Origin: a candidate division WOR-3 bacterium
GTDB lineage: Bacteria; Hydrothermota; UBA3072; B12-G15
DNA length: 64,000 bases
Direction: 5' to 3'
NCBI GenBank assembly: GCA_965649055.1
Contig: CBFGJG010000006.1
Span: 2,219 to 66,218, forward strand
Shown here: positions 9,352-18,443 of the stretch, one piece after another
Layout of the letters: the number at the start of each line of letters is the position of its first letter
Position numbering within the stretch: the first letter of the stretch is position 1
Notes under the pieces: model-generated
The model's input: the letters and a program-made list of their open reading frames with translations, nothing else
The model's database searches: none
What the model was told of the DNA's origin: nothing
Program-made: the position numbers and the translations under genes

Positions 9352-9649
9352 ATTTACCTCCAGATATTTCCGAGCGCACATTGCGAAGCATCTCTCTTAT
9401 TTCTTCCCTTGTTGGAAAACTTATTGCTTCAAAAGGGCATTGGAATCTGCAGGATTCATCTCCAACATTACATTCATAGGGTTTTGAAACCTCTACAACA
9501 CCTTCTTCGTTCTTAGCAAAGACACCGAATGGACAAAACTTAATACAGTGGTAATTACATTCATCTGGTTTACATTTTAATTGATCTATCTTTGGAAACC
9601 AATCTATTTTATTTCTTGGAAGTCCTGTATATGTTGACCTGTCTTTCAT
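9335..9649 (-). CDS. Small 4Fe-4S ferredoxin-like protein, paralog 2 (104 aa)
   Basis: It has KIDWFPKIDQLKCKPDECNYHCIKFCP...C...CRFQCP and shares the W-F-P-[RK]-I-D and FPTR[KE]E motifs with paralog 1. An AAGGA RBS precedes the start. Confidence 0.6.
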   Translation of the reverse strand: MKDRSTYTGLPRNKIDWFPKIDQLKCKPDECNYHCIKFCPFGVFAKNEEGVVEVSKPYECNVGDESCRFQCPFEAISFPTREEIREMLRNVRSEISGGKYGNIR

Positions 9650-9657
9650 AAATTTCC

Positions 9658-10017
9658 TTATTTCTTAAGAATTTCAACTGTTTCTTTTACTTTATTCATA
9701 GCATCCTGCGTTGACATGTTTCTTAAATCAAGCGATATAACCTGTTCATCATAATTTCCACCAGCTTCTGAGAATGCATCCTTGAACATCTTTCTCTGCA
9801 TCTTTGGGTCACATGCACCGATAATATATTTGACGCCAGGTTTAATGTAGTCTCTAATGTATCTGTCTCCATCATCGACACAGAGTTGTGGATGAACTAT
9901 TGCATATTCTACATCAAGTTCAAGTCTTACAAAATTTATAAGTTCCCATAGATTAAGGCTTGAAAATCCTGGGCATTGACCAGTACATATACACATAAGA
10001 AATCTCGGCTTACTCAT
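9658..10017 (-). CDS. Cys-rich 119-aa protein of unknown function (possible DsrE/TusD-like or ArsD-like redox fold)
   Basis: Its N-terminus reads PRFLMCICTGQCPGF, which follows the R-F-x5-T-G-x3-G pattern of DsrE/TusD. A later IIGACDPKMQRK motif is also present. AGGAGGtaaaATG provides the RBS and the start overlaps the upstream stop (ATGA). Confidence 0.5.
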   Translation of the reverse strand: MSKPRFLMCICTGQCPGFSSLNLWELINFVRLELDVEYAIVHPQLCVDDGDRYIRDYIKPGVKYIIGACDPKMQRKMFKDAFSEAGGNYDEQVISLDLRNMSTQDAMNKVKETVEILKK

Positions 10018-10271
10018 TTTACCTCCTGTTTTTTTAGAAAGATTTTATACTCCCTTAAGAATGCTTCACTATAAAGGTCTTCCATATTCTCGGGTATATA
10101 ATTCTTCTTCTTCAACATCTCAACAAGTTCTTTCTTTATTAAAACTTCGTCTTCAATTCCTAAAATATAAACATTAAATAATATCTCATCAAGACCAACT
10201 ATACCAACATTTATGTTCCCAACTTTTATATACCTTACATTAGGTCTGCCACAACCACAAGGTCTATTCAT
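10014..10271 (-). CDS. 85-aa protein with N-terminal CGCG motif, function unknown
   Basis: It begins MNRPCGCGRPN... An AAGGAG RBS sits 5 nt upstream. It is the first gene of a four-gene operon with its own promoter. Confidence 0.5.
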   Translation of the reverse strand: MNRPCGCGRPNVRYIKVGNINVGIVGLDEILFNVYILGIEDEVLIKKELVEMLKKKNYIPENMEDLYSEAFLREYKIFLKKQEVK

Positions 10272-10304
10272 AAAAACTCCTTTTTTGTATTATTCCATTA
10301 TTGG

Positions 10305-10332
10305 AATATAATAATATTTTAATAACTGTCAA
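10305..10332 (-). promoter_or_regulatory. Sigma70-like promoter of the Cys-rich four-gene operon
   Basis: On the minus strand TTGACA (+ strand 10327-10332) is followed by a 16-nt spacer and then TATATT. Confidence 0.4.
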
Positions 10333-10737
10333 GTGTAAAATGAAAAAATTTTGAAAAGATCAAGCACATGATAGAGCAGCAAAATTAGCTAAAATATGGA
10401 TATGGTTGAAGAAAGGGTTGAAAAAATAATTTTTAAATTAAATAACTCTAAAAAGTAGTAAGCCATGACATATGCTATTATAGTGAATATTAAATTAAAT
10501 AGTAAGGGATGAAAAAAGAATGCAATATAAAAAGGTGGGGACTATACAGAGTTATGGAGCAAAATTGACTTATATATATTATTAAAGACAGTATTAAAAT
10601 GTTATTTGGAAGGTATTTCAGGTTGAAAATTTAGCAGAGTTTAATAGACTAAGGGAAATAATTTAGAAAAGTTCAAGACAAAACATAAATTTTAACTCTA
10701 ATTAAAAATTATATCATCAAATCGCAAGATATTTATT

Positions 10738-11145
10738 TTACTCTAATTTCTTTATTTCATATACTATTTTTGTTGCTTTTGAGAGCATTGCAGAAACTGA
10801 GCAGTATTTTTCCTGTGAAAGTTTCACTGCGTGCTCAATTTTTTCTAATGGGATATCGCCTTTTACATTGTAGGTAATTTTGATGTTTTTGTATATCTTT
10901 GGGTGCTCTTCTTTCCTTTCTGCTTCAATATCTATATAAAATTCATCTATCTTGTAATTCATTTTTTTTAAAATTGAAACTACATCCATTCCAGTGCATC
11001 CACCAAGTCCAAACAATATATATTCCATCGGGCTTGGTGCACTATTTTCACCACCAAATTCTTTCTTTGTATCAAGTATTATAGAATGTTCCGAATTACC
11101 TTTTGCAATAAATTTAAGATTCTCTATCCATTTTATCCTCGCCAA
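10738..11145 (-). CDS. osmC: OsmC/Ohr family peroxiredoxin-like protein
   Basis: It has the two conserved Cys in the GGCTGMD and KYCSVS contexts and is 135 aa long. Confidence 0.75.
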   Translation of the reverse strand: MARIKWIENLKFIAKGNSEHSIILDTKKEFGGENSAPSPMEYILFGLGGCTGMDVVSILKKMNYKIDEFYIDIEAERKEEHPKIYKNIKITYNVKGDIPLEKIEHAVKLSQEKYCSVSAMLSKATKIVYEIKKLE

Positions 11146-11806
11146 ATTTCCTCCTTTCCCTTAAACCGCAGGATTCCTTTTCAGGACAAAATCCTAATTT
11201 AATACATCTTGGTTTTAAAAAATTTGATAGAAATGGTGAAACATCTTTTATTTCTTTCTTTATAAAACTGAATAACATTTTTATTTCCCATTGAGACCTG
11301 AAACATAATCTCAACCCACTTGTATGTATAAGTTCCCTAAAATTCATTGTAAAAACTATATTTGATGTTGTAGCATTGGGTAAGATAAATCTTGCATCTT
11401 CCTTGTCAACACCGAGTTTTATAAGCTTGCTATAAACATTCCAGATTGAATTAATCTCTTTTAAGAACAATTCTTTTGCTTTTTCATTCTTTTCAATAGA
11501 TGGTGGAACAACATAATCTTGCTCAATTTTTACATATCTCTGGCTTTGCTGTGAGTAAGATGCAATTCTATGTCTGACGAGTTGATGGGTCAAAACCCTT
11601 GAGACATCTCTAACAGCAAAGGTGAAACTTATATGTTCAAATATGGATTCATGCCCTCTTTCGTAAACATTCATTATAAGCCTTTCCATTTTTTCATTTT
11701 CAACCCCATTAAGACTTTCTGGAAAGTCCAAAGAATAACAGGTCTTTGCGGCAATATATAAAACCTTTAAAGGTTCAGGTGTATAACTTAATAAGGAAAC
11801 TTTCAC
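11114..11806 (-). CDS. thyX: Flavin-dependent thymidylate synthase ThyX
   Basis: It has the ThyX signature LTHQLVRHRIASYSQQSQRY (RHRxxxxxS). It is about 230 aa long. Confidence 0.85.
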   Translation of the reverse strand: MKVSLLSYTPEPLKVLYIAAKTCYSLDFPESLNGVENEKMERLIMNVYERGHESIFEHISFTFAVRDVSRVLTHQLVRHRIASYSQQSQRYVKIEQDYVVPPSIEKNEKAKELFLKEINSIWNVYSKLIKLGVDKEDARFILPNATTSNIVFTMNFRELIHTSGLRLCFRSQWEIKMLFSFIKKEIKDVSPFLSNFLKPRCIKLGFCPEKESCGLRERRKFGEDKMDRES

Positions 11807-12441
11807 TTCTCGAATTTTTCCTTAAGTTCGAGATATTCTACATATTTTTCTAAAAGACCGAGGTCCCTAACTATTATATTGTTTCTCAAGACAATAAGAT
11901 TCCTCTTCACAAGGTTTGCAATATAATTTGTTATTTTTTCTTTATCAACACCTATCAGATTTGCTATTATATCTGGTTTCGCTTCTATCCTGCAATCAAC
12001 ACCTTCTTCAGTTGTTTTACCCTGTGTTTTAGCCTTATTAAGAAGGAATAAGACAAATCTTTTCTCTTCATTCTGAATATATAGAAATTTTAACATCTCA
12101 TCTGTTGTCCTGAGTCTTCTTGTGAGAGTTTCAAGGACATATTCCACAAAAGGATTTTCCTTAACCTGTCTTAAAAAAGCATCTCTGTCAACAACTATTA
12201 ATTCTGTATCTGTGTTTGCATAAGCAGATGCTGAACGTGGAGCTTTATCTATAATTGCCATCTCTCCGAAGAAATCTCCTTCTTTAAGTAAGGCAAGAAC
12301 TTTGTCTTCATCACCAATTTTTTTTGTAATCTTTATTTCGCCCTTTTTTATTAGAAACATTTCTTCTCCAGGGTCTCCTTCTTTAAAAAGCATTTCCCCT
12401 TGTTTTAAAGTCCTTAAATTCCCAAATGTTTTTTCTTCCAT
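11803..12441 (-). CDS. Crp/Fnr family transcriptional regulator
   Basis: It has a cNMP-binding motif (GDFFGEMAIIDKAPRSASAYA) and a C-terminal HTH region. Confidence 0.75.
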   Translation of the reverse strand: MEEKTFGNLRTLKQGEMLFKEGDPGEEMFLIKKGEIKITKKIGDEDKVLALLKEGDFFGEMAIIDKAPRSASAYANTDTELIVVDRDAFLRQVKENPFVEYVLETLTRRLRTTDEMLKFLYIQNEEKRFVLFLLNKAKTQGKTTEEGVDCRIEAKPDIIANLIGVDKEKITNYIANLVKRNLIVLRNNIIVRDLGLLEKYVEYLELKEKFEK

Positions 12442-12460
12442 ATATTCCTCCTATTTATAT

Positions 12461-13273
12461 TCATTTAAGTGCATATTTCAATAATGCTTTCTTAATCTTA
12501 ATAAGGCTTTTTGCTGAACAATTTTCAATATTATCCGATGTAGTATGCCAGTAATTATAATCAAAATCTATTATAACTATAGATGGTATACCTTTATTTA
12601 TGAAATTTACATGGTCATCATATATGTAGTGTTTTACACTATCAAAGAATGAATTACGGTCAATCTTTCTCAATATTTTGAACATTTTATCATTTAATTT
12701 TTTCGAAAAATTTTCTGACAAACCTTCTCTATAGACATTTAAATCCTTATCTCCAATCATATCAATAATTATAACTTCATCAATCTTAAAATCAAGGTTA
12801 TCAGAAAAGTATTTTGAACCTATTAATGCATTATCTTTATAACCAAAGTCTTCACCATCAAAGAATACAAAGTAGATATTCTTTTTAGGTTTTTTATTTT
12901 TCAATACCCTTGCCATTTCCAGAAGAACAGAAACCCCGCTTGCGCCATCATTTGCGCCCAATATAGGTTGGTTTCTTTTTAATGTATCCGGGTCCATTTC
13001 TGCAAATGGTCTTGTATCATAATGTGCTCCAATTAACAAATTTTTATTATTTTTCCCTTTTTTTACACCAATAATGTTATAGAATTTAATGTTATTCTGT
13101 GTGAATTCCTGGACATAGACAGAATCCGTGTATTCTTTAAGTTTCTCAAAGATAAATTCTCTACATAACCTGTGTCCTTCGGAACCTGGATTTCTTGGTC
13201 CAAATTCAACCTGTCTTTTCAAAAAGTAAAAAGATGAATCTTGAAAAATAAAAGAAATAAATAAAATTATCAA
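12461..13273 (-). CDS. M28 family zinc peptidase (aminopeptidase / glutaminyl-cyclase-like)
   Basis: It has the GAHYDTRP, GANDGASGVSVLLE and FVFFDGEDFG metal-binding blocks. A signal peptide is present. Confidence 0.65.
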   Translation of the reverse strand: MIILFISFIFQDSSFYFLKRQVEFGPRNPGSEGHRLCREFIFEKLKEYTDSVYVQEFTQNNIKFYNIIGVKKGKNNKNLLIGAHYDTRPFAEMDPDTLKRNQPILGANDGASGVSVLLEMARVLKNKKPKKNIYFVFFDGEDFGYKDNALIGSKYFSDNLDFKIDEVIIIDMIGDKDLNVYREGLSENFSKKLNDKMFKILRKIDRNSFFDSVKHYIYDDHVNFINKGIPSIVIIDFDYNYWHTTSDNIENCSAKSLIKIKKALLKYALK

Positions 13274-13291
13274 GATATTCCTTTTAAAAAT

Positions 13292-13864
13292 TTATTTATC
13301 TTTAACCCTTTCAATGTATTCACCTGTTCTTGTGTCAACACGAATTTTATCACCTATCTGCACAAATAAAGGAACAGATATAACAACACCTGTCTCAAGC
13401 TCTGCTGGTTTAGAACCACCTTGCGCAGTATCTCCTCTTATTCCAGGGTCTGTATTTTTCACTTCAAGGACAACAAAATTGGGAATTCTTATACCGATTA
13501 TTTTATCTTCTGCAAAAAGGAGAAAAACCTCCATACCTTCTTTTAGATATTTTACCTCTTCTTCTATCTTATCAAGAGGAAGAGAGAATTGCTCGTAATT
13601 ATCTAACTCCATAAAAGTATATGATTCGCCATCATTGTACAAATATTGGCCTGGCTTTTCTTCTGTCTTCACAATTTCAATCTTAAAGCCTGGTTTGAAG
13701 TTCCTTTCAAGAACAGCACCTGTTTCGAGATTTTTCATCTTAACCCACATAAAACCATGGGTCATTGCCTGTTTCACATGCTGGAAATCAAGAATCTTAT
13801 AGATACCACCTTCGTATTCAATTGTTAATCCTTTTCTGATATCACTTATATCTGCCATTTTCAC
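13292..13864 (-). CDS. efp: Translation elongation factor P
   Basis: It has a KOW-like N-domain and FQHVK...KNLETG...ERNFK blocks. Its 190-aa length is typical of EF-P. Confidence 0.85.
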   Translation of the reverse strand: MKMADISDIRKGLTIEYEGGIYKILDFQHVKQAMTHGFMWVKMKNLETGAVLERNFKPGFKIEIVKTEEKPGQYLYNDGESYTFMELDNYEQFSLPLDKIEEEVKYLKEGMEVFLLFAEDKIIGIRIPNFVVLEVKNTDPGIRGDTAQGGSKPAELETGVVISVPLFVQIGDKIRVDTRTGEYIERVKDK

Positions 13865-13865
13865 C

Positions 13866-14936
13866 TCACAGAATTTTAAGTTCTCTTGGGAAAGATGTTA
13901 ATATTAACTTATTTTTATCTATAAAAACAACCATATCCTCAATTCTTACACCACCATAATCTTTTATGTAAACACCGGGTTCAATCGTAAAAACCATCCC
14001 TTCCTTTAATCTACCTTCAGTTCTTGATGATATAGCTGGCATTTCGTGAACATAAAGGCCAATACCATGTCCTAATGAGTGTGTGAATCTTTCTCCATAA
14101 CCTCTTTCAGAGATGTAATCCCTTGCAATTTTATCGATTTCTTTAAATTCCATTCCCGGAGAAACTTTTTCCCTGGCAATTTTTTGTGCATTATATACTG
14201 TATCAAATATTTCTTTATCTTTATTCTTAGGATTTCCTATATAGAAAGTCCTTGTGCAGTCAGAAGCATAACCTTTGTATAATGTTCCGAAATCAATTAT
14301 TATAAATTCATTGTTCTTTATTTTTTTCATACTTGCAGTTCCATGAGGTATTGCAGATCTTTTCCCTGAAGCAACTATTGTATCAAATGATACACCTTCG
14401 CCACCATATTTTTTCATTCTGTATTCAAGTTCATTAGCAATATCTTTTTCCATTACTCCAACCTTTATAAATTCAATTGTTTCATGGAGTGCTTTATCTG
14501 CAATCAGGGCAGCCTTCTTCATAATATCCACTTCTTCTTTCTCTTTCACTACTCGGAGTTCCTCAACAAGATTATTTAGAGGTTTCAGTCTCTTTTTTAA
14601 AGTCTTTTTAAAGTATAAATAATGTGAATAAATTGTAGAGCCTGATTCAAATCCGATTATGTCTTTTTTCTTAAAAATTTTATTCCCTGCAAGTTCATCA
14701 ATGTAATTTTTCCTTGTCAATATATATGTAGAACCTTTTATATTTTCAACTATTTCACCTTCAAATCTATAGTCAGTTATTAGATAAGAATTATTTTTTG
14801 TTATGAACATTATTCCAGCATCACCTTTAAAATTAGAAAGATAATAAATATTTTTCATATTTGTTATTATAACACCATCAATATCCATAGCCTTTATCTT
14901 TTTTTGTAATTTCTTTATTCTTTCTTCAAAATTCAT
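13866..14936 (-). CDS. M24 family Xaa-Pro aminopeptidase/dipeptidase (PepP/PepQ-like)
   Basis: It has a pita-bread metal-ligand block (HSLGHGIGLYVHEMP) together with the creatinase-N domain. Confidence 0.8.
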   Translation of the reverse strand: MNFEERIKKLQKKIKAMDIDGVIITNMKNIYYLSNFKGDAGIMFITKNNSYLITDYRFEGEIVENIKGSTYILTRKNYIDELAGNKIFKKKDIIGFESGSTIYSHYLYFKKTLKKRLKPLNNLVEELRVVKEKEEVDIMKKAALIADKALHETIEFIKVGVMEKDIANELEYRMKKYGGEGVSFDTIVASGKRSAIPHGTASMKKIKNNEFIIIDFGTLYKGYASDCTRTFYIGNPKNKDKEIFDTVYNAQKIAREKVSPGMEFKEIDKIARDYISERGYGERFTHSLGHGIGLYVHEMPAISSRTEGRLKEGMVFTIEPGVYIKDYGGVRIEDMVVFIDKNKLILTSFPRELKIL

Positions 14937-14938
14937 TT

Positions 14939-16222
14939 TTAATCTTCTCCTTCCCCAAATATATCACTTAATGTTTTAGGCTTCTCTTCTTTTTCTTTAG
15001 GCTCTTCAACTTCTTTTTCAACTTCAGACTCTTCCTTCTCGATTCCTTGAAGGAGATTCACTCCTTCCTCACCACTTTCAAGTTTAGGTTTTTCTTTTTC
15101 AATCTGTTTTAAGATATCCGATTCCGCTATTTTAGATTCTTCAACAGGTGATTTTTCTTCTTTTATTTCTTCAAGGACAGAGCCACCTTTCGCTTCAAGT
15201 AACATATTTTTTGCATCTCTATTATCAGGCTCTATCTCAAGTAATTTTTCCAGGACTTTTATTCCCTTTTCCTTAAAACCATGATTGAAATAAATATTTG
15301 CAAGTTCAATTGTGTATCTCGGCTCAATCTGTGTTTGAATTCTCTCTTCTTCTCTTTTTTCTTCAACAATTTCTTTTTCTTCAACAACCTCCCTGGATTC
15401 GTAAAATGCTTCAGAAATTGGCGTTTCAATCTTTTGCTCTTCCTTAAATTTTTCTTCTAAAATGAATTCTTCTTTTATAGATGGTTTCTCTTCAACCGTT
15501 TCTTCAGTCTGTGTAATCTCAACAGATTGTATTTCCTCTTTCTTTTCTTCAGGGATAATTTCTTCAACAGGAGAAACTTCTTCTATTAATGGTTCCTGGA
15601 CCGGTTCTTCTTTTTTTTCTTCAATTGTGGTTTCGATTGGTTTTACTTCTTCAGTTGTTTTTTCTTTTTCTTCCAATTCTTCAATAATAGTCTCTTCAAA
15701 CTCCTCTTTTTTTACTTCCTCTTCCTCTTTTGTTTCCAGACCGGATTCATCAAAGTATGAGAAGAAATCCTGCTTACTCATTTCGGATATTTTCATCTCT
15801 GTTTCTTTATCAAGTTCTTCTTTCTTCTTTTTGAGTTCATTAAGTTTTTTCCTTGTTTCGTCGTCAAGTGGGTCAAGGTTTAATAGATGTTCAAAATATT
15901 TGATTGCAGAATCTATGTTATTGACCTTCAGATGAAGTTCAGATATTTCTCTTAATGAAAGTATATTTTGAGGGTCAAGCTCAACTGCCTTCTCAAGTTG
16001 ATTTAAAGCAGGTTCAAGGAGATTTTTATCTTTATAGCATCTTCCCAAAACAAGATATGCAGTTGCATAATTTGGATGTCTTTGTATTCCTTTCTCAAGT
16101 ATCTTTATAGCATCTTCTATCTGCCCATTTTTTCTTAGATAATCTGCATACTGAGCAAAAATAAGGGAATCAGGATCCCTTTCATATCTTTCTTTTAATT
16201 TAGATAATGTATCATCGATCAT
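14939..16222 (-). CDS. TPR-repeat protein with a ~230-aa Glu/Lys-rich low-complexity central region
   Basis: TPR motifs occur at both termini. The central region is highly repetitive (EEK/EEV), and it produces the Ser-rich antisense ORF at 15462-15935. Confidence 0.6.
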   Translation of the reverse strand: MIDDTLSKLKERYERDPDSLIFAQYADYLRKNGQIEDAIKILEKGIQRHPNYATAYLVLGRCYKDKNLLEPALNQLEKAVELDPQNILSLREISELHLKVNNIDSAIKYFEHLLNLDPLDDETRKKLNELKKKKEELDKETEMKISEMSKQDFFSYFDESGLETKEEEEVKKEEFEETIIEELEEKEKTTEEVKPIETTIEEKKEEPVQEPLIEEVSPVEEIIPEEKKEEIQSVEITQTEETVEEKPSIKEEFILEEKFKEEQKIETPISEAFYESREVVEEKEIVEEKREEERIQTQIEPRYTIELANIYFNHGFKEKGIKVLEKLLEIEPDNRDAKNMLLEAKGGSVLEEIKEEKSPVEESKIAESDILKQIEKEKPKLESGEEGVNLLQGIEKEESEVEKEVEEPKEKEEKPKTLSDIFGEGED

Positions 16223-16333
16223 AATACCACCTTTTTATAAAATATAATAAAAAATAAAAAAAAGTAAAGTATTATTTTAAAAAACATTGAATTTTTTTTA
16301 AAATTTTATAATATATAAAAAACGGAGGAAGAT

Positions 16334-16642
16334 ATGTTAAATGTTGATGATGTAAAAAATGCGCTTAAAGATGTTGTAGACCCTGAGATTGGACTTTCAG
16401 TTGTAGATTTAGGACTGATATACAAGATAGATATACTTGAAGATGGAAAAAAAGTAAAGGTTGATATGACACTAACTGTCAGAGGTTGCCCTTTGCAGAT
16501 TGCTATGCAGAATATGGTTCACAAGAAAATACTTTCATTACCGGGTGTAGAAAATGCTGAAGTTAATATAGTTTGGGATCCACCCTGGAATCCGAGTATG
16601 ATTTCAGAAGAGGCTAAAAAGAGATTTGGAATTATAAAATAG
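16334..16642 (+). CDS. DUF59/MIP18-family Fe-S assembly protein (SufT-like)
   Basis: The VVDPEIGLSVVDLGLIY...MTLTVRGCP motif is typical of DUF59. Confidence 0.75.
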   Translation: MLNVDDVKNALKDVVDPEIGLSVVDLGLIYKIDILEDGKKVKVDMTLTVRGCPLQIAMQNMVHKKILSLPGVENAEVNIVWDPPWNPSMISEEAKKRFGIIK

Positions 16643-16650
16643 GTGTATAT

Positions 16651-17805
16651 ATGGAAGATTATATCTACCTTGATAATGGTGCTTCAACAAAAATAGATGA
16701 AGATACACTGAAAGAGATGATTAGATATTACAGTGAAATCTATGGTGTTGCTACAAGTCAATTCGGACATACAATGGGTATAAAAGCCAAAGAAGGGCTT
16801 GAGAATGCAAGGGAATTAATAGCAAAGAGAATTAATGCAAAATCAGATGAGATTATTTTTACATCTGGTGCTACTGAATCAAACAATTTTGCAATAAAAG
16901 GATTTATTCATTTAAAGGATAAAAGGAATAAAATCCTTGTTTCAACGATAGAACATTTCTCTGTTCTTCATTCTGCAAGGACACTTGAAAATTATGGATT
17001 CGAGATTATAAAGATTCCAGTTGATAGAGTTGGTATTGTGGACCTTGATTTTATTGAACAAAAGACGGATGATAAAACATTACTTGTTAGTGTTCAACAC
17101 TCAAATTATGAAGTGGGAACAATACAACCAATAGAAGAGATATCAAAGATTGTCAAAAAGAAAGGAATACTATTACATACAGATGCTGCATATTCATTCG
17201 GATGGATTAATCTGGATGTTGAAAAAATGAATGTAGACCTTCTTTCTTTTACAGGGCATAAGATACACGGGCCAAAAGGTATTGGTGGATTATATATAAG
17301 AAAGGAAACAAAGATAAAGAAATGGATGGATGGTGGATTCAATGAATTTGACCTGAGGGCTGGGACTGAAAATATACCCGGTGCTGTTGGTATGGCTAAG
17401 GCACTTGAAAAGATGACAGATTCAGAGATAGAAAGAGTAAGAAATCTAAGGGACTATCTAAAAGAAAAACTCCTTTCTATAAAAAATTCTCATCTTAATG
17501 GAGACCCTATAAAAAGACATCCGGCAAATCTTAATATTACATTTGATTATATTGAGGGTGAGAGCGTTGTCCTTCATCTTGATATGAGAAAAATTGCAGT
17601 AATCACAGGTTCAGCATGTTTTTCAAGGGCACTTGAACCAAGCCATGTATTGATGGGAATGGGGTTTTCACACGAACATGCACATGGTTCTGTAAGATAT
17701 TCACTTGGAAGATTTAATAATAAAGAAGAGATGGATTATGTGTATGAGCAGACAAAAGAAGTTGTAGAAAAATTAAGAAGTTTCAGTCCACTGAAAGGAG
17801 AATAA
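16651..17805 (+). CDS. nifS: Cysteine desulfurase (NifS/IscS, class V aminotransferase)
   Basis: It has the PLP-lysine block SFTGHKIHGPKGIGGLY and the catalytic Cys loop GSACFS. Confidence 0.88.
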   Translation: MEDYIYLDNGASTKIDEDTLKEMIRYYSEIYGVATSQFGHTMGIKAKEGLENARELIAKRINAKSDEIIFTSGATESNNFAIKGFIHLKDKRNKILVSTIEHFSVLHSARTLENYGFEIIKIPVDRVGIVDLDFIEQKTDDKTLLVSVQHSNYEVGTIQPIEEISKIVKKKGILLHTDAAYSFGWINLDVEKMNVDLLSFTGHKIHGPKGIGGLYIRKETKIKKWMDGGFNEFDLRAGTENIPGAVGMAKALEKMTDSEIERVRNLRDYLKEKLLSIKNSHLNGDPIKRHPANLNITFDYIEGESVVLHLDMRKIAVITGSACFSRALEPSHVLMGMGFSHEHAHGSVRYSLGRFNNKEEMDYVYEQTKEVVEKLRSFSPLKGE

Positions 17806-18443
17806 TGGGATTACCATATTCACCTAAGGTAATTGAACATTTTTTAAATCCAAGAAATGTAGGTAAGATGGAAGACGCTGATGCAAAAGCAACAGAAGGA
17901 AGTCCTGCTTGTGGTGATATGATAAGGATATATATTAAGGTTGATAAAGAAACAAAGATTATTAAGGATATAAAATTCGAATCTTATGGTTGTGCATCAA
18001 ATATTGCAACTGCTTCAATAACTACTGAGCTTGCCATTGGGAAAACATTGGAAGAAGCAAAAAAAATAACATGGAAGGATGCAGCAGATGCACTTGGAGG
18101 GCTTCCACCTGTAAAAGTTCACTGTGCTGTTCTTGCTGTTGATGCATTAAAGACAGCAATTGAGAATTATGAGAACAAGGAAGGATTACTTAAGGAAAAA
18201 GTTCCAACCAACTTAGAAAAGATAAAAGAGAGATTACAACATGTTATTGATCCACGAAGCGGTGTTGATGTCTTAAGGTCAAAACTTGTAAAAGATATAA
18301 AAATTAATGATGGTATAGTTGAAATAAAACTTGATATGGAGAAGGAACATCAATTCGCAAATAATGTCCAGAATGAGATAAAGGAAATGATAGAACCATT
18401 ATGGGACATAAAGGAGGTAAGAGTTGAATTTACAAAAACCTGA
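17805..18443 (+). CDS. iscU: IscU/NifU-type Fe-S scaffold with a C-terminal DUF59-like extension
   Basis: It has the scaffold Cys residues (SPACGDM, YGCASN, VHCAVLA). It then adds about 80 aa resembling DUF59 without the Cys (VIDPRSGVDVLRSKLV...). Confidence 0.8.
   Translation: MGLPYSPKVIEHFLNPRNVGKMEDADAKATEGSPACGDMIRIYIKVDKETKIIKDIKFESYGCASNIATASITTELAIGKTLEEAKKITWKDAADALGGLPPVKVHCAVLAVDALKTAIENYENKEGLLKEKVPTNLEKIKERLQHVIDPRSGVDVLRSKLVKDIKINDGIVEIKLDMEKEHQFANNVQNEIKEMIEPLWDIKEVRVEFTKT

Noticed and set aside
9658-10017. Calling the 119-aa Cys-rich protein MvhD, ArsD or DsrE outright.
   Set aside because: The resemblance is limited to short N-terminal patterns. I cannot verify a family match without a profile search.
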